The notes under the pieces were generated by a model. That model was not told the DNA's origin, did no database searches, and saw only the letters and a program-made list of their open reading frames with translations. This document shows positions 11,316 through 23,030 of a stretch of DNA of 64,000 bases, piece after piece. Every line of letters begins with the position of its first letter. The stretch's first letter is position 1. Source of the stretch: Babesia bigemina (taxonomy: Eukaryota); NCBI RefSeq assembly GCF_000981445.1, contig NC_027216.1, forward strand, positions 2,418,001 through 2,482,000, given 5' to 3'. A program made the translations under genes and the position numbers.

Positions 11316-13055
11316 ATGGCGTGGTACTTCTGGGCAGCGCTCCTTGCCGCGGGCATTGTGGCCTTCAACTTCGGCGTCATTTGCGTTAGCCTGGGGCCAT
11401 CAAAGCAATTCGCATTTAAAGAAATGGGAATCGAGGAAAAAAGACATTGCGGTGGTAAACAATGTTCAAAGGACAATAATGAACTTAGCAGGATATTGAT
11501 TAGCGGTGCCGTTTTTTTGGGATGTGCCATAGGGTCCATTTGTATCGGCCTGCTTTCTCACTGGGGAAGGCGTAAATGTATGATTCTAATTCATCTCTTG
11601 AGTATCGCGGGATGCGGTGTCGCTGCGATAGGTAAACACTGGCAATTGTTCGCACTAGCACGCCTCTCGGCAGGAGTGTCCGTTGGAATGTCTGGTGTTG
11701 CATCTTTGTACCTCGGTGAGATATGTAGCAGCGACAAGCGTGGGCTCTACGGCGCATTGTACAGCGTGTTTGTTACCTTGGGCGAGCTGCTAATCAGTTT
11801 ATGGCAATTGTCTCACGCGGGTAGTTTGGATAGTTTGTGTACCTGTGATAGTTGTTGTTGTAATAAGGATTGCGCAGAGAGGAAATGTTGTTGCAAAGAT
11901 GGGAAACTCTGTACCAACAGTGAGAACTGCTGTAGCTGCACCGGTAGCAACTGCCAGTGTTGCTGCGCAACTAAGACGGAAGCGACTAAGCCTGTGGCCG
12001 CAAGACCAGAAGCTGCTAAAACTGCTACCGCAGGGTGTGGCGGCAAATTAGAAGCCGATAAGTCTAGTGACAAAGCAATTTGGCGTATGGGTCAGTTGTA
12101 TGGCGCCCTTGCGAGTCTCGTAGCACTCTGTCTGCTGTTCATGGTGGTGGTAGATGACACTCCCTTTATGCTCGTGAAACGGGGGGAGCACCAAAAAGCA
12201 AAGGAAGTGTTAGCGTTGCTTCAAGGTCCAGATAAGGTGGAGTCATCATTCCAAGAAATTATGGAAGATGTAGCTTCGGAGGAATCTGGTGCGAAGAAAA
12301 TGGGACTCTGGGAGGCGTTGTCCTACCCGGACTCGCGACGTGCCTTGTTGGTTGTTTTCGCCATCGCTATATTGCGTCAACTCTGTGGAATTTATGTATT
12401 TACCCTGAGTGCCTCGGAGATGTTTGGAATGATAGTGGGTCAGGGATTGGGTGCTACTGCAATGGGAAATTTGTGCCCGCTTACAAATTTCATAGTCTGT
12501 TGTCTCCTGCCCTTGTATATTGACAAGTTTGGGCGGCGCAAGTTGCTAATTTATGGTAGTGGTATAGGTACAAGTGTGCTTGCTGTGTGTTTGCTGTTGA
12601 ATACCTTGTGTGGTGATGGTGAAGAAAGCTCCAACAGCTGCAGAAAAGACTCCAAAAAGGAAGCTAGATGGCCTCAATACCTTATGATTTTCGGATGTAT
12701 GGTATTCGTTGCCGCTTTTGCTACGGGATACGGAGGTGTCGCGTGGTTGTACTTCTCGGAGGCATTAGGTGCGGAATACAGAGATGCTGGTTTTGCGGTA
12801 GCCAGTGCCCTCAACTGGCTCGCTGCAGCTTTGGTTGTGATGACGGCGGATAAACTACGTAGTGTGTTGAGTAAGAATGTCTACTGGGTTTATGTCTTCT
12901 TTTCCTTCATTTCTTGCCTTTTTGCCATATTTTTCGTGCGGGAAACAAAAGGTGTTCCGCTGGGTCAGGCGTACATAGGCGGAGGTTCGCCATGGTCGAT
13001 GCGTGGTACGCCTGAACCCGATCCATACGATTGGCCGCATGTTATTGACTCATGA
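11316..13055 (+). CDS. Divergent MFS sugar-porter (hexose transporter paralogue) with Cys-rich loop insertion
   Basis: WGRRK, YLGEICSSDKRG, DKFGRRKLL and ETKG sugar-porter motifs; ~12 hydrophobic segments; colinear with the downstream transporter. Confidence 0.9.
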   Translation: MAWYFWAALLAAGIVAFNFGVICVSLGPSKQFAFKEMGIEEKRHCGGKQCSKDNNELSRILISGAVFLGCAIGSICIGLLSHWGRRKCMILIHLLSIAGCGVAAIGKHWQLFALARLSAGVSVGMSGVASLYLGEICSSDKRGLYGALYSVFVTLGELLISLWQLSHAGSLDSLCTCDSCCCNKDCAERKCCCKDGKLCTNSENCCSCTGSNCQCCCATKTEATKPVAARPEAAKTATAGCGGKLEADKSSDKAIWRMGQLYGALASLVALCLLFMVVVDDTPFMLVKRGEHQKAKEVLALLQGPDKVESSFQEIMEDVASEESGAKKMGLWEALSYPDSRRALLVVFAIAILRQLCGIYVFTLSASEMFGMIVGQGLGATAMGNLCPLTNFIVCCLLPLYIDKFGRRKLLIYGSGIGTSVLAVCLLLNTLCGDGEESSNSCRKDSKKEARWPQYLMIFGCMVFVAAFATGYGGVAWLYFSEALGAEYRDAGFAVASALNWLAAALVVMTADKLRSVLSKNVYWVYVFFSFISCLFAIFFVRETKGVPLGQAYIGGGSPWSMRGTPEPDPYDWPHVIDS

Positions 13056-14639
13056 GTATTATCGCTCAGTATTAGGGGCATGTGTTTTTGATAAAGTTTT
13101 AAAGCATCATCGCTCAAAATCCAAGGTTCTATCTTTCAACGTAGTTCGCAATTCACGTGTGACCCCTTTGGATAATAATGGTTTGTGTTTTAGTAACGCG
13201 TTAAAGGCAGAATCTTGTCACGCGTTGAGGTTTTGGGACATTAGTGTGTAATATCGCTGGAGATGAACGCATCTCAACGTCACATCGCGAATAAAGTTTT
13301 GAAGCAGCATCAAATCACGTATGTCGCTGCATTGGGTCGGTAGAGAATCTCGCTCCCGCCCTACTTGCTATAATATGCAACTCAATCGCTATGTATGCAA
13401 CCATCGCTGCGAATACTGCGGCTACTAGGTTAAGCATCATAGTATCGGGGCCAATAGACCCCATTGCGCATGTTAAGTTGTCGGAGAAACATGCCGAGAC
13501 AACTGCGCGTAATCATCACGAAGTGCCATTGCACCCGCACGGAAATGTTGCACGGGGCAATGGAATTTAGTTTGAAGTCTCACTCGCGTATGTCGCGAAT
13601 AACTTTGCAAACCCTTGTGCATTAATATATCACTGGATGCAAGTTATCGTCTAGTTACTGCGCTGGGATGCCGGATGGGCAACTGCAACGTCACGATTTA
13701 ATTATGATGTAGTACGTCAAACAGACGGTTTCTCGCATATTTCATAGCTGCCGTGTTTCTTGACTGCGTGACGTGGGTTTCGTATACCCCCACTTATGAT
13801 TTGATACGATCCTTGTGTACTGTGTCTCCTCACGGTAGATTTGAATTGCTGAGAGCCCTGTGATGGCTCGAGACGGCACTGGGAGGTAATCGTCGACGTT
13901 GTTGTTGCACCCTCTTATAGGGCTGTATGTAAATAGCCATTCACGCACACCGCGTGTTCACAGCACTGCATTCCGCTGCCACTCGCACAATTCGTGTATT
14001 GTCACGTAAACCCTTAATAACGCCGGTGAATGACTGTCGTTGCGGCACCGACATTTGCCGTTGGTAGGTTTATGCATAGAGGGGTTACGCGCTTCTACAT
14101 ATCGGCTTTACGATGTGTTCAATGCACAGAAATGCTGCAATGATGGAATCACGCGTTACACATTTGGCCTTTAAAAGCGCCACAAAGCAAATCCGGGTAT
14201 ACTCTGGCCTTCAAGCAAATAAAGGCAATCCAAATGGAACCAAACTGAGACTACGGAGTTGCTTAACGAAGGTGTATGCACACATCGCACGCGGCGTTTA
14301 TTTTCGAGGAATCCAGTGGTCAGCCTTCCACACAGGCGGCAGAGCCGTGACGCCAAGGAGCCAACCCCGGTGTCGTGCGGGCCGAATGCGGCCGCCCCGC
14401 ATTCACGGCGTTAATAAGACAAGAACGCCTGGGATAATACGCGCCGTGGCGCATACGAGTGGGGCTAGTGGCGTACACAGCTGCGTTGCGCACGGAGACG
14501 AGGCCCTCGCACTAATCCCACAAGTCGAATACCACAAATTGTCCCCGACGACAATATCAAAAACAAATACACAAACCGCTTGGTTTGTATTTTTTACCAC
14601 CAAAACACACCGACACACCGTGTCTATTAACTACCGACC

Positions 14640-16058
14640 ATGAAGCCGTACTTTGCGTGTTCGGTGACCCTCGCCGCAATTGTGGCCTTCAATTTCGGTC
14701 TTAATACCGTGAACTTCAACGCGTCTAAGGAATTTGCCACCGTCGACTTCGGCTGGTGCAAGGGAGAGGGGAATGCGAATGAGTACGAGTGCACTAAGGC
14801 TACTCTCTACGGGTCGCTCATTGGCGGTGGATCCTTCATTGGCGGTATTCTGGGATCGTTGCTGATCGGTGTGATTTCCAAGTACGGCCGAAGGCGCGCA
14901 ATGATCATTATTCACGCGATCAACATTGTTGGCTCGCTGATCAGCACGGCTGCGCAGTGCTTCTCCATGTTGCTGCTTGGCAGGCTCATTGCCGGTGTCT
15001 CCGTTGGTATGTCCGGTATGATTGCCATCTACCTTACCGAGATCTGTACCGTCGAGAACCGTGGAACGTACGGCACGGCGTATCCCATGTTCATCACCAT
15101 GGGACAGCTGCTAATGTCCGCGTGGCAGCTTCTGCACATGCGCGTTCTCGGCGCCACTGAAAATGCGGCGGGTGCCGACGCTATTACGATGATGGATCGG
15201 TTCGTGTGGAGGATGGCGCAGTTCTGGCCTGCCGTGTTCAGCATGATCGCGCTGGCGATCATTTACGTCGTCGTCAAGCACGACACCCCGCACGTGCTGC
15301 TGCAGGAAGGCAAGGAGGATGAGGCCAAGGAGGTCATCGAGTTGCTACACGGTTCGGAGAAGGCGGACACCGTTTTCGCCGAGGTGCGTGGCGACGTCGA
15401 AGCGCTGCAGAGCGCCTCCACGTCGTTGGGTATCATTGCCGCATTGAAGGTACCCAAATACAGGAGAGCCATCTTCATCATTTGTGGTCTGTCCATTATG
15501 CAACAACTTTCGGGTATCAACGTTTTCGTGGCGAACGCTTCGAAGCTGTTCGTCAGCATCATGGGACGCTCGTTCACGGCCAGCGCCATGTCCTTGGCTG
15601 GCGTCGCCGCCCTGTTCGTCACCACGCTGTTCCTCGCCTTCGTCATTGACAAATTCGGACGCAAGACGCTGTTCCTCTTCGGTATTGCGGTCTCGTGCGT
15701 TTCCATGGTTCCCGCTGTCATCATCAAGATGTCCAGCGCAGAAAAGTGGGCCAGTTACGTCATGGTTGTTGGTTGCATCGGCTTCATGATCGGTTTCGCC
15801 ATCGGTTTCGGTGGCATCATGTGGCTGTACTTCGCCGAGGCGCTCGGCACTGAGTACAAGGATGCGGCATTTGGCGTGGCCACGTCTGTGAACTGGCTGT
15901 TCGCCGCCATAGTCGTCATCAGCTCTGACCCCCTGCTGGCGTGGAACGACAAAGTTGCCTACAGTTTGTACACGGGCTTCGGTTTACTAGGTTTCGCGTT
16001 TGTGTACTTCTTCCTCAAGGAGACAAAGGGCATGCCCCTGGGACAAGCGTTCGCGTAA
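14640..16058 (+). CDS. MFS hexose transporter, canonical copy
   Basis: YGRRR, YLTEICTVENRG, QQLSGINVF, DKFGRK, NW and KETKG motifs; 472 aa. Confidence 0.95.
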   Translation: MKPYFACSVTLAAIVAFNFGLNTVNFNASKEFATVDFGWCKGEGNANEYECTKATLYGSLIGGGSFIGGILGSLLIGVISKYGRRRAMIIIHAINIVGSLISTAAQCFSMLLLGRLIAGVSVGMSGMIAIYLTEICTVENRGTYGTAYPMFITMGQLLMSAWQLLHMRVLGATENAAGADAITMMDRFVWRMAQFWPAVFSMIALAIIYVVVKHDTPHVLLQEGKEDEAKEVIELLHGSEKADTVFAEVRGDVEALQSASTSLGIIAALKVPKYRRAIFIICGLSIMQQLSGINVFVANASKLFVSIMGRSFTASAMSLAGVAALFVTTLFLAFVIDKFGRKTLFLFGIAVSCVSMVPAVIIKMSSAEKWASYVMVVGCIGFMIGFAIGFGGIMWLYFAEALGTEYKDAAFGVATSVNWLFAAIVVISSDPLLAWNDKVAYSLYTGFGLLGFAFVYFFLKETKGMPLGQAFA

Positions 16059-16213
16059 TATCGCACGCACCCCGATAATACATCGGGCTCCTACCCACCC
16101 ACAGCACTATAGAAGAATATATTTAAATATTATTAAGTGGCGTCAGCTAGTCAACAAACTGCGTTTGTGCGGCCGTACTACGCCGCAGTGGTGCCTGGAG
16201 CGCATCTGCTCAC

Positions 16214-17337
16214 CTACGCCGCTACGCTCTCCGCGTCCGCCGCCGGCCGTGGCGACCGGTTTGGCTCCAGGTGGCGCTTGGTAACCATGTATGTATAGTA
16301 CACGCCTGCAACAGTAATCAGGATCGACGCGGTCAAAAACATCGCGATTTCGGTGCTCGACTTCGGGGGATCTGAACGCTGGTTAAGTACGAAAGTGCCG
16401 ACCACCCACTGTTTTCGTCGGAGAGGTTCTCGATCAGCGACCCGATGTAGGTGAAGAAGGCAATGGAGGGGATTGCTGCGAAGCTCGCAAGGCAGTATTG
16501 TCGGCCGGAAACGTTGGTGCTGCCGAAGATGTAGCTGACGATGGTCGGCGGGAAGAACGGCGAGAGCCTGATCATGGCCACGAGTGAGAGCCCCTCAAGC
16601 TCGGTGGCTCGGATCAGCGCGCCGTAGTACTTGTAGTGGCGCAGGTAGCGGTTGATGATGCCCTTGAGCACGTACCTGCTGATCAGGAAACAGATCAGCA
16701 TGGTGATGAAGTATGCGACGAAGCTCAGGCCAGTGCCGATGAGCACACCCTCTGCAAACCATGTGCATGCCGCATCTTCGCAACCTACTGATATGCCCGT
16801 GCAAGTGCGTGAAGATGAACCCGCCGGAAATGATCTGATCAGCATGCGAAGCGGAACCGGCAAACCAACCATAATCTCCAGCGACACGCAGCACAAGACC
16901 GCCAGGATGAACAGCAGGACGAAGTAGACGTAGAGCAAGGAACCGTGCTCAGCGCCCTGACAATGATGAGGCGGTACACACCGGTGAACCAACCTTCACG
17001 GCGACGGCACGAACAAAATCTGTTATCTCCTTGCGATAGTATATGGCGAGCGGCGTCATGACAAGCCATAAGCCGATGATAATCCGCGGTAGCCACGGAT
17101 TCGGCTGCGGGTCGGCCGGGAACTGGTCCAGCAGTGGCCGCTTCGCGCTGCTGACCACGTCGTCGCTGATGCCCTCATTGTTGAATGTTTCTGGGTCGGC
17201 GATGACGGTGGTATGGTCTGAGTGAGATGTGTAAGCGGTACGGACCTACACCTACCCTTGCCATGTGCACCCCGCGGAGTCCCGGCGTGGCTCCGGGATT
17301 CCCACCGGACCATTTTCGGTTTATCCATGTTCGACAT
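16214..17337 (-). CDS. SNARE-associated Golgi / VTT (DedA, TVP38/TMEM64-like) membrane protein, multi-exon
   Basis: Signature LVAMIRLSPFFPPTIVSYIFGSTNVS...YCLASFAAIP...YIGS; several TM segments; short GT-AG introns. Exact exon edges not all resolved. Confidence 0.8.
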
Positions 17338-17978
17338 CGTTACAGTAGAGCTCACCAGCCGCGTCAACGACTCTGACGAGCAGCGCCGGTTCCGTCGCCA
17401 GGGCCGCTCGCGAGGTCGATGCACCCCGGGCGCTCCTGGCGACCGTTGCCTGCACAGAGGGCACGCGCCGCCGGCAGCAATGTGACGTGTATGAGCCGCT
17501 CAAAACAGAGCGACTGAGCATTTGGAGCGTCAATGTGTTGCAAATTTGGGTGCGAAACGTCGACAACAGCTCGACACATCCATTTATGGCAGCCTAGGTC
17601 GGGTAAAAAGTGCGTGACAACATGGCGTGAATGCTAGTGCTTGAATGCAAATGGCCATTGAACACCGATGTGTAAAAGCAGCGAGTCTACGAGCGGATGC
17701 GCGTGTCACCAAGTGCCTCGCGTACCCGTGATTCTCCATGCTGTCGTCGTCAATGCAGATACAGCGGCGCTATGCGATGCCCGGCGGTTAGATATGCTAT
17801 TTATACCACCTGATTGCGCGCATATTTACGCTAAACGTGCCGCGACGCGCTATGCGCAGCAATGCCGCCCCCAAAACCGCTCGGCGCACGCTTGCACTTA
17901 ATGTTGAAATTCATTAACTTGTGTTAGACGCAGTCACTTCTATCCAGCCGCGCAGGCGACGCCAAGGTCGCAGCGTGC

Positions 17979-18569
17979 TCATGCGAAAAGGCAGTTGCGC
18001 CAGTCCCAACGCCTCAGAGCCTGCGCACTCTGCTCACGGCCGTGGTACAGAGGGAACCGCTGGATCTCGCTGCCGTGGCTGTTGACCACAATGATGGACG
18101 GTATCTCCACCGAGTTGAAGTTGCCTGAATATATGTGAGCCACATGGTCACACGGCGTAAGGACAACTTACCGTACTCCGAGTCGCACTCGATGACGTTA
18201 TACCTGTGACGCAGCACCGGCAGCAACGAGTCGTCGTAGTCCAGGTGCAGCCACGGCATGCGCCTAACGTTGTTATCGAACGCTTCGCGTGTAGCGTCGC
18301 AGCTCACGTAGACGATTTCTATCTTCGGCGCTGTCCCCGGTCCATTCACGCTGTTGTAGAACTGCGAACGCCATAAGAGACGGGTTGCACTGCGGTGTAA
18401 GTACCTGTATGAGAAATGGTGTGATTGATCGGCAGCGCGGGTTGTTGCCGTCGCAGAACAGCAGACCGACGGACTTGCCATGGAGCTCCTGCGCACTAAC
18501 GGTGTCTCCACGCTGGTTCTTCAAGCTGCCATGCCCTAAAAAGGCGCCACTGTCTGAACCGGAAGCCAT
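17979..18569 (-). CDS. Apicomplexan thioredoxin-like subpellicular-microtubule protein (TrxL1/TrxL2 family); exons 18569-18405, 18361-18172, 18124-17979
   Basis: GSLKN...HGKSVGLLFCDGNNPRC...KIEIVYVS...MPWL...ALRRWDWRN matches my recollection of Toxoplasma TrxL1. No CxxC active site. Exons total 501 nt in frame. Confidence 0.85.
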
Positions 18570-18739
18570 GTCGGTACCTTCTGTCTGTATCTATATATTT
18601 ATTTATTAAACCGAACGATGGCGCATCCATGGCTCAGACGGCACGCCGGCTGGTGTGTCTGTGCGCCTCACGTTCACACATCAGCCGAAGCAGTACTTCA
18701 CAACCAAAAATATCCCCACGAGCACAGCTGAAGACTGCA

Positions 18740-20564
18740 TCACTGAGTACCAGTTGTTGGCAGGTCGCCTGTTGGAGCTCTGAAAGTGTCTGTGGAGCTA
18801 CTACAGCGACGCCCTACCGTTATTTTGAGAAGTTCGGCGATTTTCTGACGCTCAACCTCGTTCATTGAGTCCAGAATCTCCTTCACGGCATTCGCGCTCT
18901 TAGAAGAGCTGCCGGAAGATTTCCCGCCCTCGCTCTTACCCTCCTCGTCGCTGCCCCCGGCCTGCGGAGTGTCAACAATTGCATCATGTGGCACTTGCTG
19001 CCGAATTATAGACACGAAGCACAATAAATGTCGCATGCAGCATGCCCGTTTCTTTTCATAATAGTACACTGTGAGCAGACGGCGTTACGGAATTCGTTGC
19101 CCATGAAAATGACTGAAAATGCGCACCGCAGTGAAGTGCCACATTACCTTTTGCGCGGGAGACGTTGGCGTCCTCAATCCGGCAGTAGAGTGACTTGGCA
19201 GCGTCCTCACGTAGTCTGCGGCAAACTTTGGTCGACGGCCGTGCGTGAACCTACTTGTTGCGTCGACCACGTCGGTCATCTTCTCGATGATAGCCCTATT
19301 TGTGGAGACAGCCGAGTGCCACAGGAAGAGGTGGAACTTGTCCATGTCCACGAAGAAGTAGGCACAGACCAGGTTGAGCAGCAGCGCAACAGACGGTGCG
19401 ATGCGGCGCATCAAGGCCACCTGCTGGAACGGCAGCAGCTCGTTGACGTAGTAGATGTTTTTGAAGAAGCTGCTGTTCTTGACGAAACGGCACTCCATCT
19501 CGAGTGCGAACGCAATCGCACTATACAAGAACATAAACTGAGACGCCGTTAGTTCAGGGGGCGAAAATGCACCACGCAAATGGTTAACCGATGAAAAATG
19601 ACTGGTGCACAGATAAACCTTTAGCGCGACACAATATATACCAACAAACAAATATGCGCATTATACACAAACAATAGCAACAATAGGTAGGTGGATGTTT
19701 AATAGACGGACTGGAGCTGCGCCCTTAAAGTGGTTTCCACCATCCAACACACCGTTAATCGCCAGCAACGGTATACAGCAGGAGGCATATTATGACGCAC
19801 ACAAAAATCGAAACATGGTCAACCGATATTAACACACCATATAGCAGCAATATAACGCCACCGATCTCTAAAATGCCAGGGCAAACACAATGTCTACGAT
19901 ACTGCCTCTCATAATGCGGGAAGCAGTAGCACATTCACGACAAACGCAGACGTATGCTATTCACACTTACGTAACGGCTCAGTGCAAACTGATTGGAGCT
20001 GAAGAAGGCGATGCACATGATGCAGGAGAGCGCATGGAAGGCCAGGGACAGAACGGTGGCCACCACGTGGAGGTCAGCATCGGCAAAGAGGGCTGCAAAA
20101 AATGCAAAAGGCTTTTGTAGCACCTACATGATTGCACATCGCCAAATCTGTCGTACCCGCGACGCTTCTCCTCGTTCATCAAGATCTGGAAGGCCTCCTT
20201 GATCTTGTCAGCGTTCTCCATGGACGCGTTGTCCTGCGACTCATGCAATTTCACCCCGGGGAGCCACACACCTGCATCTCGGCCTTGATTTTCGAGTGCT
20301 GGGTGACGATGTTGTATTGCGTTGCGTTCGTAGGAAGGCCGACCATGCCGTACAGGGTCTCGCTGTCATCCGGCAGCTCCCTCCACAGGAGGGCCGATAT
20401 GATAAGGGCCACGATGGAGAAACCTGCATCTATACGCTACCCGAGACCAGTGACATACGGATTTTGCGGCCCAGGCGGGTGGCGGCGTAACCAGTCTCCG
20501 GCAGCAGTGTGTGAGTCACCGCAGCACCCAGGAGGTGGTGGCCGACAAGCGTGTTGAGACTCAT
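18740..20564 (-). CDS. Membrane protein with a J-domain-like region, multi-exon; 3' structure uncertain
   Basis: Spliced reading TLYGMVGLPTNAT...KIKEAFQILMNEEKRRGYDRFGD resembles J-domain helices I and IV; hydrophobic exons at 19085-19550 and 19970-20120. Confidence 0.6.
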
Positions 20565-20898
20565 TGCAGCGACAATACTGAGTAGTACAACTAGTAGCAA
20601 AGTGCTGAAACAGGAAATAGACAATTATGGCCGTTAGCCTCGCCTTCACTGAGGCGTGGTTGGGTCGCAGCGTAGGCCCGCCACCGCCGAAACCGTTACA
20701 CTGCGATGTGCGAAGGTGTCTTGACTGCTTCTTGCACACCTATCGCTGCGAAGTGGCTCGTGGACGGCCTGGGCCGAGGAATCCCGTTCGGTCGCAAGCC
20801 CAGCTGCCATTGTGGCAGCATGGCAGTCACGGGCAGCGATTACGGCCCCTACAGCGTCAATTCATAAGTATTTAATGCAACAACATTTAACATCGCAA

Positions 20899-22875
20899 AT
20901 GGAGCCGGTAAAGGTCCTAGAAAAGATCGAAACGCATCCGGTCGACTGCCCGGCCACTGACGCTGCCGCAACGGACGACAGCTGCGGGCTGATTTTCGCC
21001 GGCGCGTCGCCCGAGGAGTCTGTCAAAAAGCTGTTCAACCCGCCGCTGAAGGACGGTGAGGAAGATGCGGAGCCCGGTCGAACGAAGCGGCCCCGCGAGG
21101 AATCCACTCCGGTGAAAGGCAGGATCAAGTTCGACAGAGCGTCAATCAGCCGCGTCTGCCCCAACGTGGAGTTCCCGTTCTCACCTAGTGAAAGTGATTT
21201 GCTATTCATAGACGAATCGCTCGAGCTGCTCCGCAGCTGTTTCGACGACCTGCCGGGTTTCAAGTTAATTAGGGAGATCGAGGCAACGGGGTCGGAATAT
21301 GGTGATCCTGAGGAGCGTTTCATGTTGCTGGTTGACTCTTTTTTTGCGTACATGGACTCGGAGGAGACTCCGGAGGTGCGGCTCGAGGGCGAAACGGATT
21401 GCACGTCGTCCGAGCAGACGCCTTCGGTGGACGTCGACGTTAACTACGACCGACAGGCGTTTCGTGAGCTGCTGAGGTGTCTGGTCCTGTGGTGCAACTG
21501 GGTGTTCCAAATGCACGAGCACACGAAAGATGCGCTATCCATCGCACAATCCACGCTGCAGCACAACACGGCGTCGAAGATCGTCGACACCGCGCTGGGG
21601 CTGAAGCAGGCAAATCGCAACATGGCGTTCTACTCCAACATGTGCTCGAGACTGACCGCGGTGCTCCGCGAGAGGGGCGCGAAGTACGACCAGATCATAA
21701 AGGACACGCTGTGCAAGGTGCACCACGTCCGGTTCAACGTAGGCAGGGTGCAGCAGTCCTCCAACGCGTCGTGGGAGCGCCTGTCGGCGGTGCTGTCGAA
21801 GCAAACGACCGCTGAAAACGAGATCCCGATGGATGATGCCGGCGACGACTACAGGCGCAACATCAACCTGGTGCGCAACGAGATGCGTTTGCGCATGAAG
21901 AAGAAGGGCTCCTGCGACTCGCTCACAAAGGCGTGCGACATGCTTACACAGGAGCTCGCCTCGATCAATTCGAAGCGCCAGTCCCTCGTCACCCGCATGG
22001 AGCAGGCGATGCGGCAGGTGCGCGAGTTGACGACGTCGTATCGCGCTGACGCGTACGTCGAGTCGCTGAAGCTGACCGACTCGAAGAAGCTACCCACGCT
22101 GCTGCACAACTTCCTCTCGCGAATGCAGCTGCGCGCGATAGCGACGCCGAATCGCGATGTGGTCTTCAAGGTCTTCAGGGAAGGTGACAGGGAATACGGG
22201 CTGCACATGACGTTCGCCGCGCCGCGGGACGTGCTGATGCCGAGCGCGGATGCTGCGTCGATCGTGTTCCCCCTGATGTTCCTCGCCACCGTGGACGAGA
22301 GGGGCCTGATCCGTATTCGTGAGCCCCGGTTCCCGTTCCCGGGTTCTGCGGTGTGCGACAGCACGCCACGCGCAGATACCACGCCGAGGCGCATGGAGTG
22401 CGTGTCCATACACAGCGAGTCGAGCATGTCTACGGGGAGCGACAGCCCTAAGGAGACGATAAACGTGGACGGCATGGTGCTGGACACGTTCACGGCGCTG
22501 GACAAGGAGCTGCCGCAGCACTTCTGCGAACGTTTGGACTGGTGGTACGACATCGCGCGTCAGCACGTCTGGAACTGCTACCTGGCCGATGGTTACAGGC
22601 GCGGCAAGTGCAGCTCCATCAGCATGCTGCCCCAAGAGCTCAGGAGGAGCCACTCCTCGCAGTACACGTCCAGGAGCAGCGGGTGGATCCTGTCCAACAA
22701 GTGCGCCAGCGTACGAATGCGCCTGGAGTTCACCGAGGAGCTGGAGCCGAGGTGCACCTTCAGCGAGTTCGAACACTACGAGCCGCTATACTTGGAGAGC
22801 ACGTCACCCATCGTGGACCTCGTGAGGGACCGCTTCACGGACGCAAACGAGGACAAGATCGCCGAAGTGGGTTAA
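20899..22875 (+). CDS. Hypothetical protein with predicted coiled-coil segment; start may be as early as 20812-20875
   Basis: Long intronless ORF with coding codon bias; no recognisable domain. Confidence 0.75.
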   Translation: MEPVKVLEKIETHPVDCPATDAAATDDSCGLIFAGASPEESVKKLFNPPLKDGEEDAEPGRTKRPREESTPVKGRIKFDRASISRVCPNVEFPFSPSESDLLFIDESLELLRSCFDDLPGFKLIREIEATGSEYGDPEERFMLLVDSFFAYMDSEETPEVRLEGETDCTSSEQTPSVDVDVNYDRQAFRELLRCLVLWCNWVFQMHEHTKDALSIAQSTLQHNTASKIVDTALGLKQANRNMAFYSNMCSRLTAVLRERGAKYDQIIKDTLCKVHHVRFNVGRVQQSSNASWERLSAVLSKQTTAENEIPMDDAGDDYRRNINLVRNEMRLRMKKKGSCDSLTKACDMLTQELASINSKRQSLVTRMEQAMRQVRELTTSYRADAYVESLKLTDSKKLPTLLHNFLSRMQLRAIATPNRDVVFKVFREGDREYGLHMTFAAPRDVLMPSADAASIVFPLMFLATVDERGLIRIREPRFPFPGSAVCDSTPRADTTPRRMECVSIHSESSMSTGSDSPKETINVDGMVLDTFTALDKELPQHFCERLDWWYDIARQHVWNCYLADGYRRGKCSSISMLPQELRRSHSSQYTSRSSGWILSNKCASVRMRLEFTEELEPRCTFSEFEHYEPLYLESTSPIVDLVRDRFTDANEDKIAEVG

Positions 22876-23030
22876 AGCTTATACATTATACACACCGTTT
22901 CAGGCTATGAACAGCTGTAACACCAGGATCATTGCGCACTTCGGCGAGCGCTATCGCACGCTGCAGGTCGCGCTCCTGCTGGAGGCGTACGCCTTCATCT
23001 TCGACTGGGTCTCCTCGCAGCACTTCTGAG

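Noticed and set aside
13526..13563. Imperfect inverted repeat CCATTGC...GCAATGG between the transporter genes
   Set aside because: Short and mismatched; expected by chance.
17321..17579. Short ORFs upstream of the VTT gene
   Set aside because: No recognisable motif; probably 5' UTR.
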